From NCBI GenBank assembly GCA_012295275.1, contig CM022668.1:13516001-13580000 (forward strand): 64,000 nucleotides of DNA, read 5' to 3'. Numbering within the stretch: position 1 is the stretch's first letter; each line of letters begins with the position of its first letter. Position numbers and translations under genes: made by a program. Positions 40,250 through 54,387 of this stretch are shown here, piece after piece. Source of the stretch: Chrysomallon squamiferum (taxonomy: Eukaryota; Animalia; Mollusca). The notes beneath the pieces were generated by a model. That model made no database searches and had not been told where the DNA came from. It saw only the letters and a program-made list of their open reading frames with translations.

Positions 40250-42110
40250 GCATCACCTAATTTAAAAAAGCTGTCAATGTAATTTAAAATGATTATGAGA
40301 AGTGACTTAAACCAAGTAATTTACCAAATTAAAATAATTATAACGACTTTTTAAAAATAATTACCAGTGCTAATTAAAATAATTATATCAGCTGATTTAA
40401 AATAACTGTCAAGTGATTTAAAATAGCTATCAATGAAAATTAAAATAATTATATCAACTGATTTAAAATAACTATTACTGGAAATTAAAATAACTATGAA
40501 TGGAAATTAAAATAATTGCATCAGCTAAATTAAAATAACCATTAATGCAGTTTAAAATAATTATATCAGCTGATTTAAAATAGCTTTTAATATAAATTAA
40601 AATAATTACATCAACAAATTTAAAATGACTATCAACGGAAATTAAAATAGTTATATCAGCTGATTTAAAATAACTATCAATGGATATTTAAATAAATATA
40701 ACACCTAAATTAAAATAACTATTAATGCAATTTAAAATAATTATATCAGCTGATTTAAAATAACTATGAATGGAAAATTAAAATAGTTATATGATCTGAT
40801 TTGAAGTTATTGTCAATGTTGTTTAAAATAATTATATCAACTGATATAAAATAGCTATTAATGCAAATTAAAGTAATTATGGCAAGTGATTTAAAATAGC
40901 TATAAATGTAGTTTAAAATAATTATATTAGCTGATTTTAACTAATCATCAATGCAAATTAAAATAATTATATTAGCTGATCTTAAATAATTATCAATGCA
41001 AGTTAAAATAATTATATCACTGGTTTAAACTGTCTTTATAGCTTATAATAATTATGTCAATTGATTTGAAATAACTATGAATGTACTTTAAAATAATTAT
41101 ATAACCTGATCTAAAATAAATATCATTTCATATCAAAGTAATATTAACAACTGATTTAATATAACTTTAAATGTAGTTTAAAATAATTATATCAACTGAT
41201 TTAAAAGGACTATCAATGCAAATTAAAATAATTATATGAGCTGATTTAAAATAACTTTCAATGGAAATTAAAATAGTTAGATCAGCTGATTTAAAACAAC
41301 TTTCAATGGGAATTAAAATAATTATATCAGCTTATTAAAAATAACTATAAATACAGTTTAAAATAAAATAATTATAGCAACTGATTTAAAATAATTCTCA
41401 GTGTAGTTAAAAATCAATGCAAATTAAAATAATTATATCACTGGTTTAAACTATCATTGTAGCTTAAAATAATTATGTCAGCTGATTTGAAATAACTATC
41501 ACTGTACTTTAAAATAATTATAACAGCTGATTTAAAATAAATATTAATTCATATTAAAGTAATTTCAACAACTGACTTAAGATAACTATAAATGTAGTTT
41601 ATAATAATTATATCAACTGATTTAAAATAATTATTAATGCAGTTTAAAACAATTATATCAGCTGATTTATAATAACTATCAGTGCAAATTAAAATAATTA
41701 CAAAAACTGATTTAAAATAACTTCTAATGTAGTTTAAATAAAGTATGTCAACTGACTTAAAATAAGTATAAAGTTTATTTAAAATGATGATCACTTAATT
41801 CAAAGTGAATATCAACTTAATTTAATAACAAATGCATCAGCTGATTTAAAATCACTATTAACACAGTTTAAAATAACTAACAACGCAATTGAAATCAACT
41901 GATGTAAATAATCGTGAACATAATTTAAAACAATTGCATCAATTTAATTTAAAATGACTATCAACGAAATTTTACGAAATGAGTCAAATGTTTTAAAATT
42001 TATTATCAACGTAATTTAAAATCACCATCAACGTCATTTACAACAATTGCATCAGCTAATTTAAAATAACTTTCAACGAAGTTTAAATTGAAGATCAAAG
42101 ATTTTAAGGA
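40250..42110. repeat. AT-rich minisatellite array, ~45-bp dimeric unit (two related ~22-23-bp halves)
   Basis: Repeating aaaataattatatcagctgattta / aaataactatcaatgcaaatta; degenerate at both ends. Confidence 0.9.
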
Positions 42111-42539
42111 GTAATCAAAGTAATTGAATTTCCTGTAATTGAATTTGCTTAACACTGTAATTGTGGGTTGTTTGTGGTTATTACTTTTTTAGCTGTTGCT
42201 AGCAAATTTGATTTGTGACAAGAAGACAATTTTGAAGACGATGGTGGTGAATAAATCAAATTAAAACTAAAATAAGTTAAAAATATAAGAATAAAAAAAT
42301 ATTAAATAAATAATAAACAAATGATAAACAAATCTTTGAAATAAACAAATAAACAAATAAATAAATAAACGAATGAATGAATGAATGAATGAAATGAAAT
42401 AAATAAATAAATAAAACAAATAAACAAAACAAAACAAACAACCAAACAAAACCCCAAACAGACAAATAAATAAATAGAAAAAACGTTTGGAGAAGAATAT
42501 ATATATATATATAAAATATAAAAAAACAAAGACACTAAC

Positions 42540-42611
42540 CTGATCTTACAGATTTTTAAATCTTTCTTCTCCGTAGGCTACTTCTGTACATATGAGCACG
42601 TTTATATAAAC
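42540..42611 (-). other. Candidate 5' UTR exon (possibly of CHSY)
   Basis: 72 nt bounded by acceptor tttctttacag and donor CAG|gttagt; no recognisable coding similarity. Other candidates: 48215-48157 and an acceptor at 38208. Confidence 0.3.
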
Positions 42612-42701
42612 CTGTAAAGAAATAATCATATTTTTGTATAAACAACTCCATTTCTGAGACAATCCATCACTTTTACAGGGTGTCCGGGTGTTCTGTGTTA
42701 T

Positions 42702-42782
<81 letters not shown>

Positions 42783-44272
42783 ACAGCAACAAACAGAAAA
42801 CGTCTTCATTTTCATACAACGAATTTATACTTCATACTGAATAAAAAATAAATAAATAAATTAAAATAAAATAAAATAATATTATCTACCCAGTCCCTCG
42901 TATGTAAACCCCCGCTAGATCGGCTCCTTATTCGTGTGAACAAATGTACCCAATCTTGAAACAAGATCTTCGTAATGAAAACCAAATGGAAGAGATAGCC
43001 CGGGTAATAAAAAATAAAAGGCGTTCTGTTGTAGCGTGTTTGAGGTCAGGAGTCAAAATGTCCCGCGTTCCTATCTGATTTTAGAACGCATCATTGTCTG
43101 CTGATTTCTCGACTTTCATCTTCCTTTTTGTTTTCGTTTAAAACAGAATTATTAAGCGATGTCTCTGAAATGACCTTTACAGAAAGATGAAGATGCAGTT
43201 TGAAAAGCTTGATAAAAAATAATTGTTTGACTACCTTCAAGGCTTTTTTATTTTTTTTTTTTTTGTGTGTGAATACTTTTATTTCTTGTTTATCTTCCTT
43301 CCAAAAGCTTTAGCTTTATTTATTTATTTATTTATTATTATTATTGTTATTATTATTATTATTTCAAGTAGTAGTGGTAGCAGTAGTAGTAAAAGCAGTA
43401 TATACTAGTAGTAGTAGTCGTGTAGTAGCAGTGCTGTAGTAATACTGGAGTAGCAGTAGTCGTGGTAGTGTAATTAGAACTAGTAATAGTGATAGTGAAA
43501 TAGTAGTAGTAATAGCAGTTAGTTGTAGTACTACTACTAGTAATAGTAGTGGTTGTATTAGTAGTGTTTGAACTAGTGGTGGTCGTTATTGTTATCATCG
43601 TTTTACTTACTGCTTCTACGACGACATAGTAGTAGTAGTAGTAGTGGTAGTTGTTTTAGCTGTCGTTGTTGTCGCTATTACCGTTCTTGTTCACTCCAAA
43701 AGCAGCCCACATAAGATCATTATCCACAATGTGTAATCGCAGATTAAAATTTTTACTAGTGTCTCATCAAATCGTTTATTTTTTCCCCTTCTTTTTTTCT
43801 ACAATGAATTAAAAAATACTAGAACGTTCTATTTTACAATTCATTTTCTACCAAGTGACGTAACGACGAAAATAAAATGACAACCATGGAAAACATACCC
43901 GGTTAAAAATATCCAGTAACATTAGATTCGCCCCCCCCCTCCCCCTCCCGTACGTCTGTTGTTATAGCTGGTTTGTCTGCAGTGTTGTAAAGGTATTCTT
44001 CGCCCAAATTACGTCACGGGTCACAGGTAAGAGAAGGGTACGCGTTGATTTCATGTGACCGACGCAGATTACAGGTGAACGGAAGATAAAGAGTAGTTTC
44101 ATATGATTGGGTTAAATTACAGGTATGATTGAGCTGCAATAGGCACGTGAGGCATATCTTGTAAAAAACACCTGTGGGTGAAAATGCTCTGATGACGTCG
44201 CTGAATTGAAGAATACGAACAGCACGAGAGGATTTGACAGTGCATTAGTTAAAGGGATTAAAGATTTAATGA

Positions 44273-44316
<44 letters not shown>

Positions 44317-44357
44317 ACAAGTACATAAATAAATAAATAAATAAATAAGTAAGTACA

Positions 44358-44400
<43 letters not shown>

Positions 44401-45039
44401 ATACATAAATAAATGTTAATTTTACTAACATATTAACTTTCTAATCCGTCGATGATGATGACGATAATGATTATTTAAAAATGGTAATGCGGTTTATGCT
44501 GATGATAATAGTAGTAGTCGTTGTTGTAATAGTGCTAGTAGTAATAGTAAAACTAGCAGTATTAATAGTAGTATTAGTAGAGCTAATACTAAACATAATA
44601 GTAGTAACTGTATGACACAGAAATTGAGATATATAAGTTGTAATATACTTTTCTGTAACGTAGAAAAATGAGAGAGAAACACAGAGAAAAGAGAAAGAGA
44701 GAACGAAAGACAAAGAAAAAGAGAGAGAGAAAGAAAGACAAAGAAAAAGAGAGAAAAACTGAGAGAGATGGGTAGAGAAAGAGAGAGAGAAAGACAGAAA
44801 GAGAGAAACAAAGAGAGACAGAATGAGAGAGAGAGAGCGAGAGAGAAAGTGGACAGAAAGAGACACAAAGATACACAAAGAGACACGGGGAGAGAACATG
44901 ATACATAAAGAGTTTGCTAAAGAAAATTGTACAAAACTGCTCTATCATTTATTTTTTACAACAATGCGCCTCATTTATTAGTATTCGCATCTTTAGATTG
45001 ATGAAAGCCGCTAAGTTTAGTCACTTTAATATCTCGTAA

Positions 45040-45430
45040 ACCTAACAAAAACACCAGAACCATTAATACCGTTTAAAGTAAAGTGAATGTTTTATTTTTA
45101 TGATTTACCAAGGCAAAATGGATATTACTGCCTTTAGTACTTTTTAATTCATACTGGATGTGATACCTTTAACATTGTTTAAGCTAAACTGAATATTGTA
45201 TCTTTAATATTTCTCAAGATGAAATGGACAAAATACCTTTTACAGTAAAATGGTTAGGTTGACTTTAGTGTGAGTTAACTTTAAGTTGATATGATACTTT
45301 GAAGATTCTGAAGTTAAAATGGATATGATACCTTTAACATTGTTTAAGGTAAGGTGGATATATATTTGTGAAGATCAACAAGATATATCTTTTACAAAAT
45401 AGTTACAGCGACTTTAATATCATTTAAGCT
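45040..45430. repeat. Degenerate ~35-bp minisatellite
   Basis: Recurrent (aaa)tggatatgatacctttaacattgtttaag. Confidence 0.6.
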
Positions 45431-45493
45431 AATACACTTTATTTGTTTTAAGACAAAAAAAAACTATACCTGTAAGATTTCTTAAGCCAGAAT

Positions 45494-45614
<121 letters not shown>

Positions 45615-45853
45615 GGGCAACACACACAAACATACACGTATAAACATAACTCGGGATTTTCTAAAACATATATTTATTATTTAAACTGCTTCGTCTCTTT
45701 CGTATCTGTTAGGTCTTCACCCGGAACAAGCGGTTTATAAATGTAATATAGCACCGTGATATTTAGCACGTGTGAAGTAAAGTTCAGTGAAGAGAATATT
45801 AAACTGGTCCTTTTTCATATAACAGACTGGCATCATATAACATCTACTCAGTG

Positions 45854-45959
<106 letters not shown>

Positions 45960-46541
45960 GAAACGAGATGCAATGCATGAGAAACAGCATGAAAACGAGA
46001 AGAATAAAGAAAGAACATTTATTAACATTATTACATACAACCAGGAAGAAGCGGGGTCCGAGAGAAAGAAAGACTACGCGTTTATTTACAAAGTTCAGTC
46101 ATGCTTGAATCACACACTGGCTCCCTACTGTTCTGTCATTTCATGTCGCTTTAATTAAATCTCCTAGTTATTTTTTCCATTCTCTGCAACTATTTGCTAT
46201 TTTAGCTTGAGTGGACACATTCTTTTTCTCTTCAGAACTCACTGTTATTCTATTTTAAAGTGAAAACATTTTAAAATTCAGCAGTACTTCAGATTTTAGT
46301 AAATGGTTGATGCAGATTTGCATTCGAGCTCGTGTACTTAAATATATACCAAAATACATACATACAACCAGATATGTACAGACATACGTAGATGCGCTCA
46401 GCCTTATACATACATACATACATACATACATACATACATACATAATACAGGCGTACATATACATTCATACATATATAGAAACAAAATTGCATACATACAA
46501 AGATGTATGCATATATACATACATACACATACATACATACA

Positions 46542-46577
<36 letters not shown>

Positions 46578-46747
46578 GATAGAAACATACATACATACAT
46601 ACATATATATACACATGTACATATATATATAGATAGAAACATACATTTATAAACACAGATACACACACACATGCATATATACACACAGATACACACACAA
46701 ACATAGTATTTTTATTTATACACATTATATAGACCTATATACATATA

Positions 46748-46782
<35 letters not shown>

Positions 46783-47281
46783 CATCTCTGATATGGGTTA
46801 CATAAGTATAAATATATAAAATCATTTATAAAGCGCACTGAAAGTTTCACACAAAATTCTAACCTCTTTTCTCCCCTGTCTTTTTTTTTTCTCTCAAATT
46901 ATATGTTATGAAGAAAAAAGAAAAATCAAAATGTAATATTCTCAGAACACTAGAACTACATTTGCGCAATCAACCGTGAACGTTCTGGTATGTGAACCAC
47001 AAAATAATGAATTGTTAGAAGAAGAAGAAGAAGAGGAAGAAGTAAGAAGAAAGAAGTAAATGAAATTTTTAATTTAAAAATACCTCGGAATATTGTTTCA
47101 TACAATGTACAGAAATAACTACAACAGGACGAAGGAAAAGAAGAAGAAGACGAAGAACGAATTAAACGAAATTTTTGGTTTTCAGATATTTTTAGAATAT
47201 TGTTTGATATGAAAATAAGTAGGTCTTAATAATTTGAAATCAATTGTATTATATTTATCCTATCATACATCGATGAAACAG

Positions 47282-47315
<34 letters not shown>

Positions 47316-47424
47316 AATTAGTAGATGTTATATACTAATATAATATCGATGAAACATGAATTCACTGACTTATTACACACACACACACACACATACACAC
47401 ACACAGAGAGAGCGAGCGAGAGAG

Positions 47425-47503
<79 letters not shown>

Positions 47504-47792
47504 CACAAAAAAAAAAAACCGAGAAAAAACACACGCTTGCATACAAATAAATAAATAAATAAAAAACTAAAAAGCAAATAAATAGTTAACTAACGAAATA
47601 AATGAATAAATAAATGAAAGAAAGTGAAATAGTTTGGAAATTGCCCACATTCCTGTTTTCTTTATGTCAAAAAACGTATCAATTAAACTGACATTTTGTT
47701 TTCAAATAAAATTAAGTTAATAAATTAAAAGTTTCAAACTATTGACGCATGGTTCTTTTGCTACAAAATGCCAAAATAATAATAACAATGAA

Positions 47793-47848
<56 letters not shown>

Positions 47849-48219
47849 CAACAACAACAATAATAGTACTTACTACTACTACTAATAATAATAATAATGA
47901 CATGTTAAAATATTCAGCATAACTCAGTATTAGAAAACAAACAAACAAGCAAACTGAATGATGTTCTCGATAATTTTCTAAGGACAAAAAATATTTCACA
48001 CTGTTTTCTTTTGAAGAAAATTACTAATGTCATATTTGCAAAAAATAAATGCCTGAAATTTGCTAATTCCGAAATCAAAAACACAGAACAAACGAAACTA
48101 AAGTTATCCTTTGCAAATCATGTTTAGACTAATACTATTAATATTAACTCACCTACCTGTATCGACTGGTTACAGTTTGCATTTAGTCTGATGATGGTTC
48201 AGTTTGTTAAAGAGGCTGG

Positions 48220-48254
<35 letters not shown>

Positions 48255-48531
48255 GAAGGAAGAAATGCTGATCCATCCACTATTGTGCTACTAATGCTGA
48301 CGAGAATGAAACTGGACACGCACCGTTCCACATGATTAAATCTCACTGTAGACAAATGATCATTTTACACTGTCTCGAGTTCAAGATGATCGTATCATCC
48401 ACAGTTGTGTCGCCGTCATGGTCATTGTCGTTGTTGTCGGTGTTGCTGGTTTTTTATGAGTTTATTCTTTTGTGTAGTGTTTGTTTGTGTCCTGTATGCG
48501 TTTATATATATATGCGTGTTTTTGTACGTGG

Positions 48532-48685
<154 letters not shown>

Positions 48686-50612
48686 TTCCTTTTCTCTTTA
48701 TCTCTCTCTCTCCTTTTTATCTTTGCCGTATTTATTTATTTTCTGTTCGTTTCTACTATCATTATTTCAAACTGTGTAACTTGCTAAAAGCTATTTCCGA
48801 TGCATTTTATTTCATTTACAGGTAACTCTCGTGAATTTTTTTACATAATTTTGTGCATCTTACAAGGAAGGGTGTGTCTGAAATCATGAACTGAATAATG
48901 AAAGTTTTGTAATGTATGTATGTATTCAAACATCTAAAGGTGTGGCAAAAGTATGGCTCAGTAGAAATGTAGTATTGTAATGTAAATATGTATGCATGAA
49001 GGTATGTATGTATGTATGTGTGTATGTATGTGTGTGTGAACTATATATTATTTTAAGTTTAATAAATCAGTGTTAATACAGTACTGGACAGGTTTTGTTA
49101 AACTTTCAGATTTTCTTTCTTTTGTAATTGAAGTATAATATTACTTCATCAAAACAATAGTTTCCATACCATACTCTATTTCATTTTCAGTTTGTTAGTA
49201 TGTGAGTGAATCAAGACTCCTTTTTTATTTTATTTTTTTTTTTTTTTATCCTCGAAAGTTACTCACGGTAATGATAACGCCCCTCCACTATGTACGTCCT
49301 TGAGTACCTCCCCCAATTCGTCCCTCTCTACGTTCATACAGTTCTTCTGTTGCCGTAAGTGTCGTATTACGACTACAACAGTGTTGTAACGCTGTCGTTG
49401 TAGGTGAGGATGCAGCAAGCATCAGTAATTATGATTCAAATAAACACTTAGTGTAAAATTGTGTTTTCTACCGTGGCGTTTTCAGATCGGGTTGCTGGTG
49501 ACATTTGAAAATAAAAGACAAAATGAAGAAAACCTGTAGAGTAATTTTACATCTTGTTACTGTTGTTCATGGGTTTGGGTCACTGTAGATGTCGTTGTCA
49601 TGGAGCTCGGTCATGTTAATTGTTGTTGTAGTTGTTGTTGCAGTGGTCATTGTCATACATTTTTGATAATTATAATTTTTGCGGTTGTTATTTTATTTTA
49701 TTGTTATTAATTTTTTTTTAATGGATTTTAGTAATCTTTATTGCTGTAGTTTTTATGAATTTGATCATATTAATTGTATGGGTTATTTCTTTTTTCTTTA
49801 TTTTTTTTATTATTATTATTTTTAAATGAATTTTAGTAATCTTAATTGGGGTTTTTATGGATTGAGGTAATTTTAATTTTTTATCTATTTTCATAATGAA
49901 TTTTGATAATTTTTGTTGTTGTTCTCCTTGATTTTTGTCACTTCAGTTGTCGTTGTCGTTGTTGTCGATATTTGGTCATTTCAGTTTTGTTGTTGACACT
50001 GTTGTTTTCTTACATTTTCTTACACTGTGCTTTATCAATTTGGATTTATTTGTTTATTTATTTATTGTTGTTATTGTTATTTTGTCTTTATTGTTCATTT
50101 AGGCCATTATTTTGTTGTTTTTGTTCCTCTGTGATTAATGTATTTGGATTTATCTATTTATTTATTTATTTATTTATTTATTTATTGCTGTTATTGTTGT
50201 TTTGTTTTTACTGTTCTGAGTTTTAGTTATCTTAGTTATTCTTCTTGCTGTTGTCGTGTATTTCTGTTTATTTATTGTTGTTGTTTCTTGTTGCTGACTC
50301 TGCAGTTGAAGCCACAACAGCATTGTGCATTTTAAGTAAGCTAAGGTAATACTTGGACCATTCTGAAGTTGCACAGTCTTATTTTGAATATTTAGTTTGT
50401 GATGTAGGAACTATAAACCATTTACTTAGTAGTTTGTTCCTTGGTTTTGCTTCACACTATAACTTTCTTTTATATTGTAACTGTATTTAATGCAAATTTT
50501 GACATGATTGTATTCCACTGGGCACAACAACAACAACGACAACAGCAACAACAATAACAACATGACAACAACAATAACAACAACAACAATAATTATATCA
50601 ACATTAATAATG

Positions 50613-50663
<51 letters not shown>

Positions 50664-50709
50664 TATCTGTACGAGTATAAAAAAAAATGTTGCATTACTC
50701 AAAACAGTT

Positions 50710-50755
<46 letters not shown>

Positions 50756-51638
50756 GCTCCGACTAGGAGGGCGAAATTAAACGCATACGATATTGCGATT
50801 CAAGGGAGAGAACTTAAGTTGACACGAATTCTCAAGAAGTTTTTGTCGTCGGTGGGATTTTATTTAGTTCTCGTTTTTGTTGTTGTTGTTGTTGTTGATG
50901 CTGTTGCTGTTGTTTGTGATGCTGTTGATACTATTCTCAAATTATTATTATTATTTTTTTTGGTTGGTTGTTGTTTATTTGTTCTTGGGCTGCTGTTTTC
51001 GTTTTTGTCAACTTTTTATCTTTTTATTTTACTGTTTTGTTTCTGACTTTATATAACGACGTACCTGAAGCCACACACTTAGACACAGACATACATTATA
51101 CATTATATGTATATATATATATATATCTCAGTATTTGTGTAGATAAATATTTACCATTAGAATTTACAAAGTAATCAGCATCCATATAGTGATCTACAGT
51201 CTGGATAATCAAATGTTTATGTTTCTAATTCATTTACTTTTATATTCTGTAATATTAATGTGCATCAGTGATATATGCTATACCAGATGTACTGAGTTAT
51301 ATAACTTTTCAAACGATTAACATTTCTCTACTCCACTGTCAATCTTGATGTTATTCAGTCTCATTCAGTTTAATTTTGATCTGTTTTTCAGGAGTGGCTT
51401 TTGTTGCAGTGATATTATGTCAGACTTTGTTCATGTTAAGGACACATTTTCTTTCTGTCGGTGAGAAGGTGCAGAAAAAAAAACATCCTTTGCTAAAGAT
51501 GGAACAAGTGTAACCGCAGTGTAAGAAAGATAGTTATATCTTTCATTTAACATTATCAGTTTGATCTTTTACTATATGTATGAGTCTACAGAACCATACA
51601 TTATAAATCATAATTAGATTAAAATGTCTTTCTATTTG

Positions 51639-51737
<99 letters not shown>

Positions 51738-52107
51738 GATAGATAGACAACAGATAAATAGATAGATACTATCCCTCTTTCCACATTTCTTTTTCCCCTG
51801 TTTCCATCAATAGTCCCCGTTTTAAATAGTAAAAGAAATTCATGCATTTTCAGTAAGCACTCATTGTATTTTCATTTTTAAATGACAGAGAAACAAAATC
51901 TGGTTAATTATATATTAAGAAAACACAAATATTGGCTCCTATTATTAATAATAATAATAACAGTAATTAATTAATAATAATAATAATAATAACAATAACA
52001 ATATAATGATAATAATAATAATATAATAATAATAATAGTAGTAGTAGTAGTAGTAGTAATAATAGTAATATAAAAATAATAATAATAGCAATATAATAAT
52101 AATAACA

Positions 52108-52143
<36 letters not shown>

Positions 52144-52149
52144 TAATAA

Positions 52150-52184
<35 letters not shown>

Positions 52185-52651
52185 CAAATAGTTGTACTAC
52201 TGGTAAGAGAAACAGTAGCAGTAATGCTAGTAGTATTACTACTAATGATAAACATTATGCCAAAAATATTAATACAAATACACACGCAAGAATATACAAA
52301 GAAATCTACTAAATAAATTGGTCGAAACCAACATGTATAGTGTAAGCCTAACACAGTCAAATAATGATTTGCCATAAAATGTGTTTCAAAACTGTCTAAA
52401 TTATTTTCTTTAATGTAGTTTGCTCTCAAGATAGGAGGCTACCACAGTGCTGAAAACACAAAATATAAGGAACTAATGTTAATATATCTATCTATCTATC
52501 TATCTATCTATATATATATATGTTAGAAAACAAACATCTAAATAATGTTCAGTTCACTAATGAGTTCTTTGTTCTCTTTAATATCAAAATGTTCTTACAT
52601 TACTTTTTCTTGTTTTTTTCTGTTTTTTAATCTTGAACGTCTTACTCCGGC

Positions 52652-54387
52652 TCATTTACCCGAAAACCAACTCCCCAAAACATTTCCCACAGCCTTAAAT
52701 GTTTTTCCAGCTAAATTTCCACCAACTAGTCCAACAACATCTCCAACAGCATCAACGATTCCGCCGTCGGCTTCTGCTTCCTTTCTCACATCGTTTCTTG
52801 CCTCTTGTTTTCTTTCTTTTTCTTTTGCCTCTAGCTTTGCTTCTAGTTTCCTCCGCTCATTTTCCATTTCCATCTTCTGCTTTTTCATTTCTTCTTCATG
52901 TTTTTTCCTTTCTCTTGCCCGTGCTTTTTCAAATTCTTCCATTTGTATCTTCCGTGCTTTTTCAAATTCTTCCATTTGTATCTTCCGTGCTTTTTCAAAT
53001 TCTTCCTTTTGTTTTTCCCTTTCTTTTTCCATTTTTATTTGTATTTCTCTTTCCATTTCCTCTCGCATCACTTTTAGTTTTTCCTCACTGCTCCGCATTT
53101 CTCTTTCTCTGTCTTCCAAACGTGTGAGTTTCAATATTTTCTCTTCACGTTTTCTAAGTTCTTCTTCCTTCTCCTTCAATATTTTCTCTTCACGTTTTCT
53201 AAGTTCTTCTTCCTTCTCCTTCAATATTTTCTCTTCACGTTTTCTAAGTTCTTCTTCCTTCTCCTTCAATATTTTCTCTTCACGTTTTCTAAGTTCTTTT
53301 TCCTTCTCCTTCAATATTTTCTCTTCACGTTTTCTTATTTCCTCTTTCTGTTTCAATACTTCCTCTTCACGTTTTCTTATTTGCTCTTCTTTCTCCTTCA
53401 ATATTTCTTCTTCTCGTTTTCTTATTCTTTCTTCTCGCTCACTGAATATTTTCTCTTCATTTTTTCTTTTTTCTATTTCTTTCTCCATCAGTATTTTCTC
53501 TTCACGTTTTCTTATTTCTTCTTTCTCCTTTAATATTTCCCCTTCACGTTTTTTTATTTCTTCTTCTTTCTCCTTCAATATTTTCTCTTCATTTATTCTT
53601 TCTTCATCTTTCTCTTTTAGTATCTTTTCGCGTTTTTCTATTTCTTCCTTCAATTTTTCTATTTTTTCCATGAACTCTTTCTCCATTTTTTCCCTTTCTT
53701 TTTCAAATTCTTCCTCTTTATTTTTCAGTATTTCTTTTTCACGTTTCTGTACTTCTTTTTCTGCTGCTTCCATTAATTCAGATTTATAATATTCACCGCC
53801 ATTTTCTCGCACATTGGATTTGATCATGTCGATCAGCTGCTGAGCCATTTTTTCTTTCTTTTTCTCGTCTCTTTCGCGATTGTTGAATCCAACATATCTT
53901 CTTCCACATCTGTCGACTAAATCTTTTAGGCTTTCTGTTGCATGATCTATATATTTTTCAAGATCAGTGTCGTGCTCTTCAAGATCGTCAAGTCTGGTGA
54001 ACAGGAGGAACAGGTAATCATATAATCTTTTTCCAAATACTTGCTCGAAGAATTTAATTGTTTTTTCTTCTTCAGGAGTAAACCTCTTTGCCTGCACAAC
54101 CATGATGAAAGCATGTGGTCCTGGAGCACTCATCGTTATACACTGGATGATTTCTCTCGTAATCTCTCCTTGTGAAAGGTTAGTGTCGAATGCTCCTGGT
54201 GTATCAACGATGACAATGTCATGACCAAATCGAGTTTTGTGTTCTACATTGCAGGTTTTAGTAATGGATGTAGCACTAGGTTTAGAAAGAAAACACTTCT
54301 CTCCAAGGATGGTATTTGCTGACACACTTTTTCCTGAGCCAGTAATTCCAATCAAAACAAGCCGCAGTTCGTTGTCAGTAACGGAAT
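52652..54387 (-). CDS. GIMAP: GIMAP main exon (AIG1 G domain, E/K/R-rich coiled coil, Gly-rich amphipathic C-terminus)
   Basis: ttgtttcag acceptor; ELRLVLIGITGSGKSVSANTILG; ORF 52652-54355; TGA. Confidence 0.96.

Noticed and set aside
39890-40250. GC-richer segment with weak inverted ends (atctgttatgaact / aattcacaacagat) and a 77-aa ORF
   Set aside because: The inverted match is short and imperfect and the ORF has no recognisable motif; too weak to call as a transposon or gene.
40250-42110. CRISPR-like array, or repeat protein from ORF 41549-41794
   Set aside because: No unique spacers, no cas genes and a eukaryotic context; the frame is broken by many stops and indels.
52545-53789. 414-aa plus-strand Ser/Phe-rich ORF
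   Set aside because: Antisense shadow of the GIMAP E/K-rich repeat region.
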